This document shows positions 1 through 10,128 of a stretch of DNA of 64,000 nt, piece by piece. Below the pieces are notes generated by a model. It was not told the origin of the DNA, made no database searches, and saw nothing but the letters and a program-made list of their open reading frames with translations. A program made the translations under genes and the position numbers. The stretch covers positions 196,934-260,933 of the forward strand of contig JAKACP010000001.1 of NCBI GenBank assembly GCA_021821305.1. Reading direction: 5' to 3'. This DNA is from a bacterium (GTDB lineage: Bacteria > Patescibacteriota > Minisyncoccia > Moranbacterales > UBA1568). How positions within the stretch are numbered: position 1 is the first letter of the stretch; the number at the start of each line of letters is the position of its first letter.

Positions 1-1
1 G

Positions 2-190
2 ACGGATGTCGCCCGGGTGATCCGGGCCTCCGCACAGACGATCCCGCAGCGATTGAAGCGGTCTCCTCATGACGCGAGACGTCTGGCATGCCAGGCATAC
101 GGGAAAACCTCGGACAAGGCACGGACGAGAACCGCATGCCATAACTACCCGTATCTGGCGCTTGGAAGGCACATCCTTCCGATCGCATAA
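2..190 (+). CDS. 3' end of a hypothetical protein, truncated by the window edge
   Basis: Open frame from base 2 to TAA at 188-190, followed by a hairpin and T-tract. Confidence 0.35.
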   Translation, partial: TDVARVIRASAQTIPQRLKRSPHDARRLACQAYGKTSDKARTRTACHNYPYLALGRHILPIA

Positions 191-198
191 GATGCTTT

Positions 199-231
199 AG
201 ACGGCTGAGAATTCAGCCGTCTTTCTTTTTT
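199..231 (+). terminator. Intrinsic terminator
   Basis: AGACGGCTGA-GAAT-TCAGCCGTCT followed by TTCTTTTTT. Confidence 0.7.
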
Positions 232-235
232 CATA

Positions 236-264
236 TTGACAAATTATATTTTTTGGTGTATAAT
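236..264 (+). promoter_or_regulatory. Sigma70-type promoter
   Basis: TTGACA-17 bp-TATAAT, a perfect consensus. Confidence 0.75.
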
Positions 265-304
265 ATACTGTTCATACGTTTGAACGTTGAAAAGGAGCAG
301 GATC

Positions 305-517
305 ATGAAAGCAGTTCTTTCGTTGTGTATGGCCGTCGTGCTCTCCGGTTGCGGTGTCCTCGGCGGCGGGGTCGTCGAGCGGGAAGTGACGAAGTGCGTC
401 GCCACGCGGACGCTCGATGCGAACGGCAAGATGGTGGTGCTCGAGACCTGTACCGGCACCTCGGTACGGCGCGGGTATCCGACATTCGAAGGATCCGGTG
501 TCGATCAGAAGTGGTGA
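305..517 (+). CDS. Small putative lipoprotein
   Basis: AAGGAG RBS; MKAVLSLCMAVVLSGC signal peptide with lipobox. Confidence 0.65.
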   Translation: MKAVLSLCMAVVLSGCGVLGGGVVEREVTKCVATRTLDANGKMVVLETCTGTSVRRGYPTFEGSGVDQKW

Positions 518-624
518 TCAGAGCGATCGACAGCCTCGAAATATCGGGGCTGTTTTCTTTTCCCAAAAATGGCCGAGGAGTGCTATACTTCAGGAGACGA
601 AATCAACATACAAGCCGCTCTCCT

Positions 625-2055
625 ATGAAACACACCAAGATCGTCGCGACCGTCGGCCCCGCGTCGGAATCGAAGGACATGCTCCGCTCGCTCGCCGAGG
701 CGGGCGTCAACGTCTTCCGTCTCAATTTCTCGCACAACGAGCATGCGTGGCATCGCGAGGTCATCAACCGGATCCGCGAGGTGAGCGCCGAGCTCGACTC
801 GGCCATCGGCATCCTCGCCGATCTGCAGGGACCGCGTATCCGTGTCGCCGTGGACGCCGAGATCCCGGTATCCGAAAAACAGCGCCTCCGGGTCAGCGAT
901 ATCTCGCGCAAGGACACCCTCCCCGAATCCTCCGTGGCGACCGTGTTCCTCGATGCCGCGGGCATCTCGGACGCGCTCGAGACCGGGCACACCATCCTCA
1001 TCGAGGACGGCACCGTGCGGCTCCGCGTGACGGAGAAGGGCGACGGATGGGTCATGGCGGACGTGGAGGACCCGGGTATCATCAAGCCGCGAAAGGGCGT
1101 CAACCTGCCCGATTCCCGGATCGATCTCCCGATTCTCTCCGCCAAGGACAAGAAGGATCTCAAGTTCGTTCTCGAAGAAGGCGTCGATTTCGTCGGGCTT
1201 TCGTTCGTCGGATCGGCGGAGGATATCGACAGCGCACGGCAGGTGATGAAGCATCTCCTCCCCGAAGGGGCGCCGCTTCCGGATATCGTATCCAAGATCG
1301 AGCGCAAGGAGGCGATCAGGAATCTCGACGCGATACTCGGGGCGACGGACGCGGTCATGGTGGCGCGCGGTGACCTCGGCATCGAGATGCCGGAATCCGA
1401 GGTGGTCATCCTCCAGAAGGACATCATACGGCGGAGCCTCTCCGCATTGAAACCGGTCATCGTCGCGACGCAGATGATGAAGACCATGACGGAGAATCCG
1501 ACCCCGACGCGCGCGGAGGTGAGCGACGTGACGAACGCGGTCGTCGATCACGCCGACGCGGTCATGCTCTCCGAGGAGACCGCGATGGGAAAGTATCCGG
1601 TCGAAGTCATAACGACCATGCGCGAGATCATCGAGAAGACGGAGGAGTCGCCGTTCGACGATATCTTCAAGGCGCTCGACCTCAATGTCCGCTCCGAGTA
1701 CGCCACGATCATCCGGAGCGCCTACGAACTCGCTCGGAGCTTCGAGGCTCGGGCGATACTCCTCCTCTCCATGAGCGGGTTCACCGCCCGGCTCGCCTCG
1801 CACTTCCGCCCGGACACGGAACTCCTCGTCGCGACCGACAACAGACGCACCTGGAACAAGCTCGCGCTCCTCTGGGGCGTCACGGCGTACCTGTTCGAAG
1901 GAGACAGGAGTGCCGATTCGTTCATCGAGCGTATGATCGACGTCGCCAAGACGCAGGGCAAGCTCGAAGCCGGCGATCGGACCGTCGTATTCCTCGGGCG
2001 CATCCCCGGTGAACAGAGCGTCCAGCGCCTTGTCGGAATCCGGGAAATACGATAG
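625..2055 (+). CDS. pyk: Pyruvate kinase
   Basis: TKIVATVGP, RLNFSH, DLQGPRIR, MVARGDLG, ATQM, PTRAEVSDV and VMLSEETA motifs; start moved to ATG 625. Confidence 0.97.
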   Translation: MKHTKIVATVGPASESKDMLRSLAEAGVNVFRLNFSHNEHAWHREVINRIREVSAELDSAIGILADLQGPRIRVAVDAEIPVSEKQRLRVSDISRKDTLPESSVATVFLDAAGISDALETGHTILIEDGTVRLRVTEKGDGWVMADVEDPGIIKPRKGVNLPDSRIDLPILSAKDKKDLKFVLEEGVDFVGLSFVGSAEDIDSARQVMKHLLPEGAPLPDIVSKIERKEAIRNLDAILGATDAVMVARGDLGIEMPESEVVILQKDIIRRSLSALKPVIVATQMMKTMTENPTPTRAEVSDVTNAVVDHADAVMLSEETAMGKYPVEVITTMREIIEKTEESPFDDIFKALDLNVRSEYATIIRSAYELARSFEARAILLLSMSGFTARLASHFRPDTELLVATDNRRTWNKLALLWGVTAYLFEGDRSADSFIERMIDVAKTQGKLEAGDRTVVFLGRIPGEQSVQRLVGIREIR

Positions 2056-2119
2056 AATCCATCGTCTGCCATTCTGAGTGAAACGAAAAGTTCAGGGTCT
2101 TTGTTCCGGATGGCGATAT

Positions 2120-2204
2120 GGAAGGGTGGCCGAGAGGCTGAAGGCACGCGCTTGGAAAGCGCGCATACCGCAAGGTATCGCGGGTTCGAATCCCGCCTCT
2201 TCCG
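2120..2204 (+). tRNA. tRNA-Ser(GGA)
   Basis: Cloverleaf with anticodon arm CGCGC-TTGGAAA-GCGCG, long variable arm and GGTTCGAATCC T-loop; no encoded CCA. Confidence 0.95.
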
Positions 2205-2319
2205 CAGGAATGAAAGGGATGAGAAGTTTATGCCCCGGAGGGGTAAATCCCGCCTCTTCCGCAGGAATGAAAGGGATGAGAAGTTTATGCCCCGGAGGGG
2301 TAAATCCCGCCTCTTCCGC
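2189..2319 (+). repeat. 57-bp tandem repeat (about 2.3 copies) beginning with the tRNA-Ser 3' end
   Basis: AATCCCGCCTCTTCCGC at 2189, 2246 and 2303, separated by identical 40-bp segments. Confidence 0.95.
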
Positions 2320-2348
2320 GGTCATGTTCTTTTTTATGGAGGTGAACG

Positions 2349-2951
2349 ATGAAAATCGGAATCGATTTCGATGACGTGTTGTTTCATTTCGTACCGGCGT
2401 TCCTGCTGTATCACAATCGCATGCACGGGACGGACTTTTCGAAGGACGACGTATGGTCGTACCGTTTTTGGGAGGTGTTCGGTATCGCGAGAGACGAGGC
2501 GCTCAACCGCGTGTTCGCGTTCCTCGGTTCTCCGGAAGCCGAAGCACTGATACCGGTCGAGGGATCCCACAAGGGAATCGCTTCGCTCGCGAGAGATCAC
2601 GAGCTTCACATCATCACCGCACGGCAGGAATGGCTCGCCGAGGTGACGCATGGATTGCTGGAGCGGCACTTTCCGCCGGTCTTCTCCGGAGTGTACTTCG
2701 CCAATCATTTCTCCGACGATCGATCGGGATTGAGCAAGGGCGTGATCTGTGACCGGCTCGGTATCGATGTCTTCATCGACGATGCGCCTGCCAACGTGCT
2801 CGAGAGCGTACGCGCCGGAAGGAAGATCCTCCTCCTCGACGCCCCATGGAACACGTTCATGGATCCGATCGAGCATATCTCGCGTGTCCGCTCCTGGGAC
2901 GAGATCGTCGGAGCGATCGCGACCTTCGATTCCGAACGATCGGAACGATGA
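2349..2951 (+). CDS. HAD-family 5'(3')-deoxyribonucleotidase-like protein (NT5C type)
   Basis: IGIDFDDVL, ITAR, FIDD and APWN motifs. Confidence 0.85.
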   Translation: MKIGIDFDDVLFHFVPAFLLYHNRMHGTDFSKDDVWSYRFWEVFGIARDEALNRVFAFLGSPEAEALIPVEGSHKGIASLARDHELHIITARQEWLAEVTHGLLERHFPPVFSGVYFANHFSDDRSGLSKGVICDRLGIDVFIDDAPANVLESVRAGRKILLLDAPWNTFMDPIEHISRVRSWDEIVGAIATFDSERSER

Positions 2952-2956
2952 TTCCC

Positions 2957-2986
2957 GCCGCCTGTCATTCCAGGCGGCTTTTTTTT
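2957..2986 (+). terminator. Intrinsic terminator
   Basis: GCCGCCTG/CAGGCGGC stem followed by T8. Confidence 0.8.
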
Positions 2987-2989
2987 GCA

Positions 2990-3181
2990 AGAGCCTGCCC
3001 ACTCCCTCACCGCAAAGATGAAAAAGGAAAAATCTCTTCTGCTTGTCGGCTAAAATTCCATCATTTCGGCTGCAAATCTCGAAAAGCTTGTCGAAATATC
3101 TCGATATTCCTCCTCACTTTTCAAAATTTTCGCTCAAAATTATGAAATTTTATACTCGACATGAGAGAGTGGTCAGGCTCT
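2990..3181. repeat. Structured dispersed element, family I, copy A
   Basis: 20-bp terminal inverted repeat with 2 mismatches; motifs CTCACCGC, GCTTGTC, CGGCTGCAAA and GACATGAG shared with the copies at 13438 and 55108. Confidence 0.85.
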
Positions 3182-3185
3182 AAAC

Positions 3186-3212
3186 AAAAACCTCTCCGAA
3201 CAGGAGAGGTTT
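3186..3212 (-). terminator. Terminator of the RRM gene
   Basis: AAACCTCTCC/GGAGAGGTTT stem with a T-tract on the minus strand. Confidence 0.7.
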
Positions 3213-3235
3213 CGTTTCGCTGATGACCGGGGCGC

Positions 3236-3520
3236 CTAGTAGCGCGGTTGGTCATTGCGGGGCGGGCGATCCTCGAGCGGGCGAGCCTCATTGACCGTGA
3301 GGCGGCGTCCGTCGAGCTCTTTCCCGTTCCACATGGCGATCGCCTTCTCGGCATCCTCGGGGGATGCCATCTCGACGAAGCCGAAACCGCGGGAGCGGCC
3401 GGTCATCTTGTCCATGATGATGACGGCTGATTCGACGGTTCCTGCTTGCTCGAAGGCGGCACGGAGCCCTTCCTCAGTCGAACTGTAGGAAATGCCTCCG
3501 ATGTAGAGTTTGGTTGCCAT
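3236..3520 (-). CDS. RRM (RNP-1) RNA-binding protein
   Basis: KLYIGGISY (RNP2), RSRGFGFVEM (RNP1) and LTVNEARP. Confidence 0.95.
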   Translation of the reverse strand: MATKLYIGGISYSSTEEGLRAAFEQAGTVESAVIIMDKMTGRSRGFGFVEMASPEDAEKAIAMWNGKELDGRRLTVNEARPLEDRPPRNDQPRY

Positions 3521-3775
3521 ACTTGCTAACAAGAGAGCCTATTACACGCGTAAGACGACCTTCTTCTGGCGCGGCTCGGGTCGGACACGTCCTCTCCTGC
3601 GCTTGCTTCCGCTCCGAAAAGGAAGGGAAGTATGGACCAAAAAGAAAACTTACACGTGCATTGTAGTACAGAGAAGAGGTAAAAGCAACGGTCGCGGCCG
3701 GCGGAACTCGGTACGGAGGTGTTTCCCGAATCGCAAGAGAAGGGTATAATAAGGTAAATCGTTAATCATACGCAT

Positions 3776-4153
3776 ATGAAAGGATATATCGGCAATATCG
3801 AGGAAAAGACCCTCGAAAACGAGAATTATCGCGAAGTGCTCTTCACGGGCCCGAATCTTCAGCTCGTCGTCATGGCGCTCGAGCCCGGAGAAGAGATCGG
3901 TGAAGAGGCTCATGCGGGCCATGACCAATTCATCCGCTTCGAGGCGGGGGAGGGTGAGGTCATTTTCGACGGTGAGCCGACCAAAGTCGGTGACGGCGAT
4001 GCCATCGTCATACCGGCCGGAACAAGGCACAATGTCATCAATACCTCGCTTGAGGCCAAGCTCAAGCTCTACACGCTCTACGCGCCGCCGGAGCATGAGC
4101 CCGGGACGCTCCACCCGCGGAAGCAGGATTCGGTCGAGGACGAGGGTCACTAG
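3776..4153 (+). CDS. Cupin domain protein
   Basis: EIGEEAH..DQF, IPAGTRHNV and LYTLYAPPEH. Confidence 0.9.
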   Translation: MKGYIGNIEEKTLENENYREVLFTGPNLQLVVMALEPGEEIGEEAHAGHDQFIRFEAGEGEVIFDGEPTKVGDGDAIVIPAGTRHNVINTSLEAKLKLYTLYAPPEHEPGTLHPRKQDSVEDEGH

Positions 4154-4158
4154 AAGCC

Positions 4159-4581
4159 ATGGAACCCTGGATATTCTATGCGCTCCTGTCGGCGATATTC
4201 GCCGCCGCGGTCGCCATACTCGGAAAAATCGGCATACAGGGGATCGATTCGACCCTCGCGACTTCGGTGCGCGCGGTCGTGATGGCGGTGTTCCTCGCCG
4301 GCGCGGCGGTGTCCCTCGGCAAGCTGAAACTGCTCTCGACCATAGACAGCCGCGCGTTCTGGTTCATATTCTTTTCCGGCATCGCCGGCGCGCTTTCCTG
4401 GTTCTTCTATTTCCTCGCGCTCAAGACGGGCCCGGCGACCGGCGTGTCGGCGCTTGACCGGCTGTCGGTGGTCTTCGTGCTCGTGCTCGCGGTGCTCTTT
4501 CTCGGCGAGCCGCTCGGCTGGAAAAACGCGATCGGAGCGGCGCTTCTCGTGTCCGGGGCGGTGCTCATGGTCTGGAAATGA
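4159..4581 (+). CDS. EamA/DMT family small transporter
   Basis: Hydrophobic protein with LSAIFAA, SWFFYFLALK and DRLSVV. Confidence 0.85.
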   Translation: MEPWIFYALLSAIFAAAVAILGKIGIQGIDSTLATSVRAVVMAVFLAGAAVSLGKLKLLSTIDSRAFWFIFFSGIAGALSWFFYFLALKTGPATGVSALDRLSVVFVLVLAVLFLGEPLGWKNAIGAALLVSGAVLMVWK

Positions 4582-4685
4582 CTTCCGCTATCATCACCGG
4601 AGCCGCGTCGGGAAATGACGCGGCTTTTCTTTTTTTGTGATATACTTTTTTCAGAAGGTGAAGACGTTTGAAAAATGCAAAACCT

Positions 4686-5273
4686 ATGAAAACGGAACAA
4701 ACAAGCGGCGATATGCCGGAAGTCGCAGTGGCTCCGAGGGCGACGGTAAAATCCAATGACGAACTGTGGGGCAAGATGGTCATCGTCGTTTTCGGGCTCG
4801 GCCTCATCTCCATGATCGGATTCTTCGGCTTCCTCGGCTATCAGTTCTACAACCAGCGATCCGAGGAGGGGCCGTCGATCGCGGAGATGCCCAAGAACGA
4901 GGAACCGAGCGCCCAGCCTGCCGCGGAAGCGGCTCCGGTGACCGAGACCCAGCCTGCCGCGGAAGCGGCTCCGGCAGCGGATGCGAAACAGGTCGCGATA
5001 TCGGTCCTGAACGGCGGCGGCGCCAAGGGGTCGGCCGGCGTGCTCGCGGATGCCCTCAAGCAGGCAGGGTATACCAAGGTGACCCCCGGCAACGCCACGG
5101 GCGACTATGCCGCTACCACCGTATTTTATGGCGAAGGACAGGAAGCCGCCGCGAAAACCATCCTCACGGAGGTCGTGAAAAAGTATCCCAAAGCGACGGT
5201 CGCACCCGCCGATCCGAAGAAAGCCGATACCACGGGGTCGGCCGTGGTCATCGTCATCGGCGCCGCCGGCTAG
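4686..5273 (+). CDS. Membrane-anchored LytR C-terminal domain protein
   Basis: TM helix, Ala/Pro linker, ISVLNGGGAKGSA...GNA...VIVIG. Confidence 0.8.
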   Translation: MKTEQTSGDMPEVAVAPRATVKSNDELWGKMVIVVFGLGLISMIGFFGFLGYQFYNQRSEEGPSIAEMPKNEEPSAQPAAEAAPVTETQPAAEAAPAADAKQVAISVLNGGGAKGSAGVLADALKQAGYTKVTPGNATGDYAATTVFYGEGQEAAAKTILTEVVKKYPKATVAPADPKKADTTGSAVVIVIGAAG

Positions 5274-5430
5274 GCCCGCCGATCTCGGATATCTTCCCCA
5301 ATACCGCCCTCGGGCGGTATTTCCGTTTCTGCGGTATAATGGGGAAAAGGAGAGGCTCTTTTGCCTCCGGGCGCTTTTTCGGGTATCGTGTCTTGTCCGG
5401 ACTTCGTGCCCGGAAAACGTTTTCAACCCT

Positions 5431-7224
5431 ATGGATTCAACCGCGGTACAGGATATCAAGGCGAGGCTCAATATCGTCGACGTGGTCGGCGGGTACGTGA
5501 GGCTGACCAAATCGGGTACGCACTGGAAGGCGTGCTGTCCGTTTCACAACGAGAAGTCGCCGTCGTTCATGGTGAACGAGGAACGGCAGATCTTCCATTG
5601 TTTCGGCTGTGGCAAGGGCGGGGACATGTTCTCGTTCGTCGAGGAGATCGAAGGCGTGGACTTCCGCGAGGCGCTCCGGCTCCTCGCCGAGAAGGCGGGC
5701 GTGGAATTGCCGAAATACCGCAAGGCGTCGGTGTTCGCGCAAGGCGGCGTCGAGGAACCCGACCGGACCAAGGAAATCCTCGAGCTCTCGACCAAGTTCT
5801 TCGAGACCCAGCTTTGGAGCGGGGAAGGCACGAAGAGCGCGCTTCCCTATCTCCGCGACCGCGGACTCTCGGACGAGAGCATACGGACCTTCCGTCTCGG
5901 ATACGCGCCGGAAGGATGGCGGCACCTCCTCGATTTCCTCGTCGGCCGCGGCTATCGCGAGGAAGAGCTCGAGCGGGCCGGTCTCGTCATCAAGAAGGAT
6001 GGCGGCGGGCACTACGACCGCTTCCGCGACCGCATCATGTTCCCTATCGGCGATGTTGTCGGGCGGATCATCGGCTATTCCGCGCGCGTCGCGCCCGGAG
6101 GGGATGAAAGCCAGGCCAAATACATAAATACGCCCGAGACGCCCGTCTATCACAAGAGCCGCGCGCTCTATGGCATCTATCAGGCCAAGCAGGCGATGAA
6201 GGAGAAAGGATTCTCGGTCCTCGTCGAGGGGAACATGGATGTCATCGCCTGCCATCAGGCGGATATCCGTAATACGGTCGCCGTATCGGGGACGGCGCTC
6301 ACCGTCGAACAGCTCGATATGCTCAAGCGCTACGGAAACGGGATACGGCTGTTTTTCGACATGGATGGCGCGGGACAGGCCGCTTCGTGGAAGAGCTCGC
6401 TCCTCGCACTCGAAAAGGAGATGGAAGTGTCGATCATCGCGCTTCCGCATGGCAAGGATGCGGCCGACGCGGCCAAGGAGGACCCGGAGTCGCTCCGAGA
6501 GGCGGCGACACACGCGGTCCCGGTCGCGCAGTACTTCCTCGACAAGCTCCGAGCCGCCAATGACGCCAAAACACCCGCCGGAAAGCGCCGTATCGCCGAA
6601 GGATTCGCCCCCCTTCTGGCCTCCATGCGGAACCGGATCGAGCACGCCCATTGGCGCAAGGAACTGGCGCAGACGCTGGGTGTGGAAGAAAAAGTGCTTT
6701 CGGATGTACTACAGAGCGAAATCCTTGAAAAGCGGGAAATCGTCCCAAAAGGAGAGAAACAGGCACCCGAACCCAGCCGTCCAACATTCGTGACGCGCTC
6801 CGGCGTACTCCGGGATCGGATTGTGGGGCTGCTTCTCCTCGACGGGTCGCTCATGGACAAGGAATCCGTGGACGAACCGATAGGGGGATTCCTGTCAGGT
6901 GACGCGTTTTTCGGGATCGTATCAGAAAAAGGGGAGGGCGAGGCGTTTTCGCGAATTGATGGCGAAGCGCAGAAGCGTCGTGCGGCAGAATTGATGTTCG
7001 AGGCGGAAAAGCTCTTTGAGGGGAACGAGGCCGACGGTGAATTCGACCGAAACGAGCGCAAAACGAAGGTATTCCGGGAACTTCTCCGTGACCTTGCCAT
7101 CGAACTGCGCCGGGACGAACGGACAAAGATCGCTCAGGCGCTCGAGGAGGCAAGGAAGTCCGGTGACAAATCACTCGAACGCGAGCTCATGGAGCAGTTT
7201 CGGGAGATCTCGCGGGAAAATTGA
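5431..7224 (+). CDS. dnaG: DNA primase
   Basis: CPFHNEKSPSF..CFGC Zn finger, DRFRDRIMFP, KYINTPET and VEGNMDV TOPRIM. Confidence 0.97.
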   Translation: MDSTAVQDIKARLNIVDVVGGYVRLTKSGTHWKACCPFHNEKSPSFMVNEERQIFHCFGCGKGGDMFSFVEEIEGVDFREALRLLAEKAGVELPKYRKASVFAQGGVEEPDRTKEILELSTKFFETQLWSGEGTKSALPYLRDRGLSDESIRTFRLGYAPEGWRHLLDFLVGRGYREEELERAGLVIKKDGGGHYDRFRDRIMFPIGDVVGRIIGYSARVAPGGDESQAKYINTPETPVYHKSRALYGIYQAKQAMKEKGFSVLVEGNMDVIACHQADIRNTVAVSGTALTVEQLDMLKRYGNGIRLFFDMDGAGQAASWKSSLLALEKEMEVSIIALPHGKDAADAAKEDPESLREAATHAVPVAQYFLDKLRAANDAKTPAGKRRIAEGFAPLLASMRNRIEHAHWRKELAQTLGVEEKVLSDVLQSEILEKREIVPKGEKQAPEPSRPTFVTRSGVLRDRIVGLLLLDGSLMDKESVDEPIGGFLSGDAFFGIVSEKGEGEAFSRIDGEAQKRRAAELMFEAEKLFEGNEADGEFDRNERKTKVFRELLRDLAIELRRDERTKIAQALEEARKSGDKSLERELMEQFREISREN

Positions 7225-7364
7225 CCTTCCGGCCTGCTGGGGTTGATTTCGAGATACAGGAATGACGGAGGAAAGACACGGTATGTCTTTTCAAGCGGCA
7301 CCCGCTTGATTTTTTTGTTGCTAGGAACATATATAATTTCCAGGAAGTATTTTTAAGGGAACCT

Positions 7365-8774
7365 ATGAAGAAAAAGCCGATCCAGAAGAAGACCAAGAAG
7401 GATATCCGCAGGAAACCGGCCGCCAAGAAACCGGCCGCGAAGAAATCCGCGCCGAAAAAGAAGCCGGTGGTCAGGAAACCTGCTCCGAAGAAGTCCGTGA
7501 AGAAGGCCGTGGCCGGAAAAAAGAAGGTCGCACCGAAGGCGTCGAAAAAGAAAGGCTCCAAGCCCGCGGCCAAGAAACCGGCCGCGAAGAAACCGACCCA
7601 GAAAAAATCACAGCCGAAAAAGACCGCCCGGAAACCGGAATCCGCCGCGAAGAAGGCCAAGGCGGCAATCATGGAGGGAAAGCAGGAGAGCGCGTTCGCC
7701 GAGCTCATCACCCGCGGCAAACAGCGCGGATTCGTGACGGAAGATGAGATCATCCACATCCTCCCGGACGTCGAGACCGATCTCGACGCGCTCGAGCGGC
7801 TCTACGGCGAGCTTGAGGAGGCCGGCGTGCGCGTGGCCGGATCCGACGAGATACTCAAGGTCGAGACCGACCGTATCGCCGATGATTTCGGGAAAAAGGA
7901 AGCCGCCGCCAAGAAGCCGTCGCGTCGTGCGGAGTCGGATGAGGACACCTCGGACCTCGTCCAGATGTACCTTCGCGAGATCGGCCGCGTCGCGCTCCTC
8001 ACCGGCGAGGAGGAAGTGAAGTACGCCAAGCTCATCGAGAAGGGCGATATGGTCGCCAAACAGCGGCTCACCGAGGCCAACCTCCGGCTCGTCGTCTCCA
8101 TCGCCAAGAAGTACGTCGGCCGCTCGCACAACCTCTCCCTCCTCGACCTCATCCAGGAGGGCAATCTCGGACTCTTCCGCGCGGTGGAGAAGTTCGACTA
8201 CCGCAAGGGATACAAGTTCTCGACCTACGCGACGTGGTGGATCCGTCAGGCGATCACCCGCGCGCTCGCCGATCAGTCCCGCACCATCCGTATCCCGGTG
8301 CACATGGTTGAGACCATCAACAAGTATTCCCAGGTGACGCGTCGCCTCGTCCAGGAGCTCGGCCGCGAGCCGCTTCCCGAGGAGATCGCCGCGGAAATGG
8401 GGATGGAGGTCGACAAGGTCCGCCACATCCAGAAGATCTCGCAGGAGACCGTCTCGCTCGAGACCTCCGTCGGCGACTCGGACGACGATTCGGTGCTCGG
8501 CGACTTCATCGAGGACACCGAGACTGTCATGCCGCACCAGTCGGCCGCCCGCAAGCTCCTCAAGGAGCATATCGGGGCTATCCTCGACGAGCTGACCCCG
8601 CGCGAGCAGAAGATCCTCAAGATCCGCTTCGGACTCGAGGACGGTATCACGCATACCCTCGAGGAGGTCGGACAGGAATTCGGCGTGACCCGCGAGCGTA
8701 TCCGCCAGATCGAGGCCAAGGCCCTCGAGAAGATCCGCGAGCACGACCACGTCAAGAAGCTCCGACACTACTAA
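7365..8774 (+). CDS. rpoD: Primary sigma factor with a Lys/Ala-rich N-terminal extension
   Basis: [32 protein letters not shown] and TRERIRQIE; follows dnaG. Confidence 0.97.
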   Translation: MKKKPIQKKTKKDIRRKPAAKKPAAKKSAPKKKPVVRKPAPKKSVKKAVAGKKKVAPKASKKKGSKPAAKKPAAKKPTQKKSQPKKTARKPESAAKKAKAAIMEGKQESAFAELITRGKQRGFVTEDEIIHILPDVETDLDALERLYGELEEAGVRVAGSDEILKVETDRIADDFGKKEAAAKKPSRRAESDEDTSDLVQMYLREIGRVALLTGEEEVKYAKLIEKGDMVAKQRLTEANLRLVVSIAKKYVGRSHNLSLLDLIQEGNLGLFRAVEKFDYRKGYKFSTYATWWIRQAITRALADQSRTIRIPVHMVETINKYSQVTRRLVQELGREPLPEEIAAEMGMEVDKVRHIQKISQETVSLETSVGDSDDDSVLGDFIEDTETVMPHQSAARKLLKEHIGAILDELTPREQKILKIRFGLEDGITHTLEEVGQEFGVTRERIRQIEAKALEKIREHDHVKKLRHY

Positions 8775-8782
8775 GGAAGTCG

Positions 8783-8806
8783 AAAAGCCCCGAAAGGGGC
8801 TTTTTC
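8783..8806 (+). terminator. Intrinsic terminator
   Basis: AAAAGCCCC-GAAA-GGGGCTTTTT. Confidence 0.85.
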
Positions 8807-8863
8807 TTGCCAAAAGCGGATTATTTGTTATACTAATCCTGTTTTCAAATTGAAAATACGCAT

Positions 8864-8935
<72 letters not shown>

Positions 8936-9080
8936 CAAATATGAAAAGAACGTCCGCTTGGGCGTTCTTTTCATATCCATTCTCTAGGTGGCAGGAGTCG
9001 AAGCCCATGTCCTTCAGGAGCGTTTTTTGTTTGATCGACGAAAAGCCCCTCATTGGGGCGTCGTTTTCGTGCTCTTGACT

Positions 9081-9100
9081 ATATACCGTATGGGGTATAT
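9081..9100. promoter_or_regulatory. CsoR/CstR-type operator
   Basis: Inverted repeat ATATACC-GTATGG-GGTATAT with a G-tract, upstream of a CsoR-family gene. Confidence 0.65.
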
Positions 9101-9144
9101 GATGGGTACGCGAATAACTCATTCAAACGGGGTAAGACAACATC

Positions 9145-9405
9145 ATGAAAGCGACTACCGAAAAACTCATCCATCGTCTCAACCGCATCGAGGGCCAGAT
9201 CGATGCCGTCCGCCGGGCGATCGAGCACGGCGATGCCGACTGCCTCGAACAGATCCATCAGATCAAGGCGGCCCGCTCGGCGCTCAAGAGTTTTGCCGAA
9301 GCGTACGTGGAGGAATACGCGCTCGCCTGCGCCAAGGAGAGCCATGCCTCTCCGCGCCTCGCCCCGAAGCTTCGCGAGGTCGTCTCCGCCGCGTTCGCGC
9401 TCTAA
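9145..9405 (+). CDS. CsoR/RcnR/CstR family repressor
   Basis: RLNRIEGQI..C..QIKAARSAL..C. Confidence 0.9.
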   Translation: MKATTEKLIHRLNRIEGQIDAVRRAIEHGDADCLEQIHQIKAARSALKSFAEAYVEEYALACAKESHASPRLAPKLREVVSAAFAL

Positions 9406-9434
9406 ATATCAATATTAATAAGTCATTATTTCTT

Positions 9435-10106
9435 ATGTACGACATAACACCCATCCATACCTCGCGCGGCTGTCTTTCCTATATCGTCGCCGATCCGGTG
9501 ACGCGGGAGGCGGCCATCATCGATCCGTCGCAGGAAGCGGGACCCGACGCATACGGGGACATCCTCAAGGAAAAGGGCCTCGAGCTCCGATATATCCTCG
9601 AGACGCACACGCATGCGGATCATGTCTCTTCCGCGCGCGAGCTCCGGGGACTGTTCGGGGGAAAGATCGCCATGCACGAATCGTCCCCATTGCCGTCCAA
9701 GGACATCGCGCTTGCGGACGGATCGACACTGTCCCTCGGCAGAGGAACGATCGAGGTCCTCGCGACACCGGGGCATACCGATGAGAGCGTCACCTACCGT
9801 ATCCCGGGCGCGGTTTTCACGGGTGACGCGCTCCTCATCGGCGGGACCGGGCGGACCGATTTCCAGCGCGGAAACAGCACGGACCTCTACGAGAGCCTGT
9901 GGCAGAAACTCATGCGGTTGCCTGAGGAGACGATCGTCCATCCCGCGCATAATTATGAGGGCAGAACCGCGAGCACGATAGGCGAGGAGAAGCGCGAGAA
10001 CCCGCGCCTCCAGATGGAAAAAGAAACGTTCATCGCCGCGCTCGACGCCCACCATCCTCCGCTACCGGAACTGTTCGACACGGCGGTTCCGAAAAACAGC
10101 AATTGA
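9435..10106 (+). CDS. MBL-fold hydrolase, persulfide dioxygenase-like
   Basis: ETHTHADH, TPGHT, FTGDALLIGGTGRTDF, PAHNY and EKRENPR. Confidence 0.88.
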   Translation: MYDITPIHTSRGCLSYIVADPVTREAAIIDPSQEAGPDAYGDILKEKGLELRYILETHTHADHVSSARELRGLFGGKIAMHESSPLPSKDIALADGSTLSLGRGTIEVLATPGHTDESVTYRIPGAVFTGDALLIGGTGRTDFQRGNSTDLYESLWQKLMRLPEETIVHPAHNYEGRTASTIGEEKRENPRLQMEKETFIAALDAHHPPLPELFDTAVPKNSN

Positions 10107-10128
10107 ACCCATCATTAATCGATATCAT

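Noticed and set aside
2189-2319. Possible CRISPR mini-array
   Set aside because: The repeat is only 17 bp and equals the tRNA 3' end, the spacers are identical, and no cas genes are present.
4912-4976. Direct repeat CCCAGCCTGCCGCGGAAGCGGCTCCGG with 36-bp period
   Set aside because: It is an in-frame duplication in an Ala/Pro linker (QPAAEAAP twice), which is ordinary.
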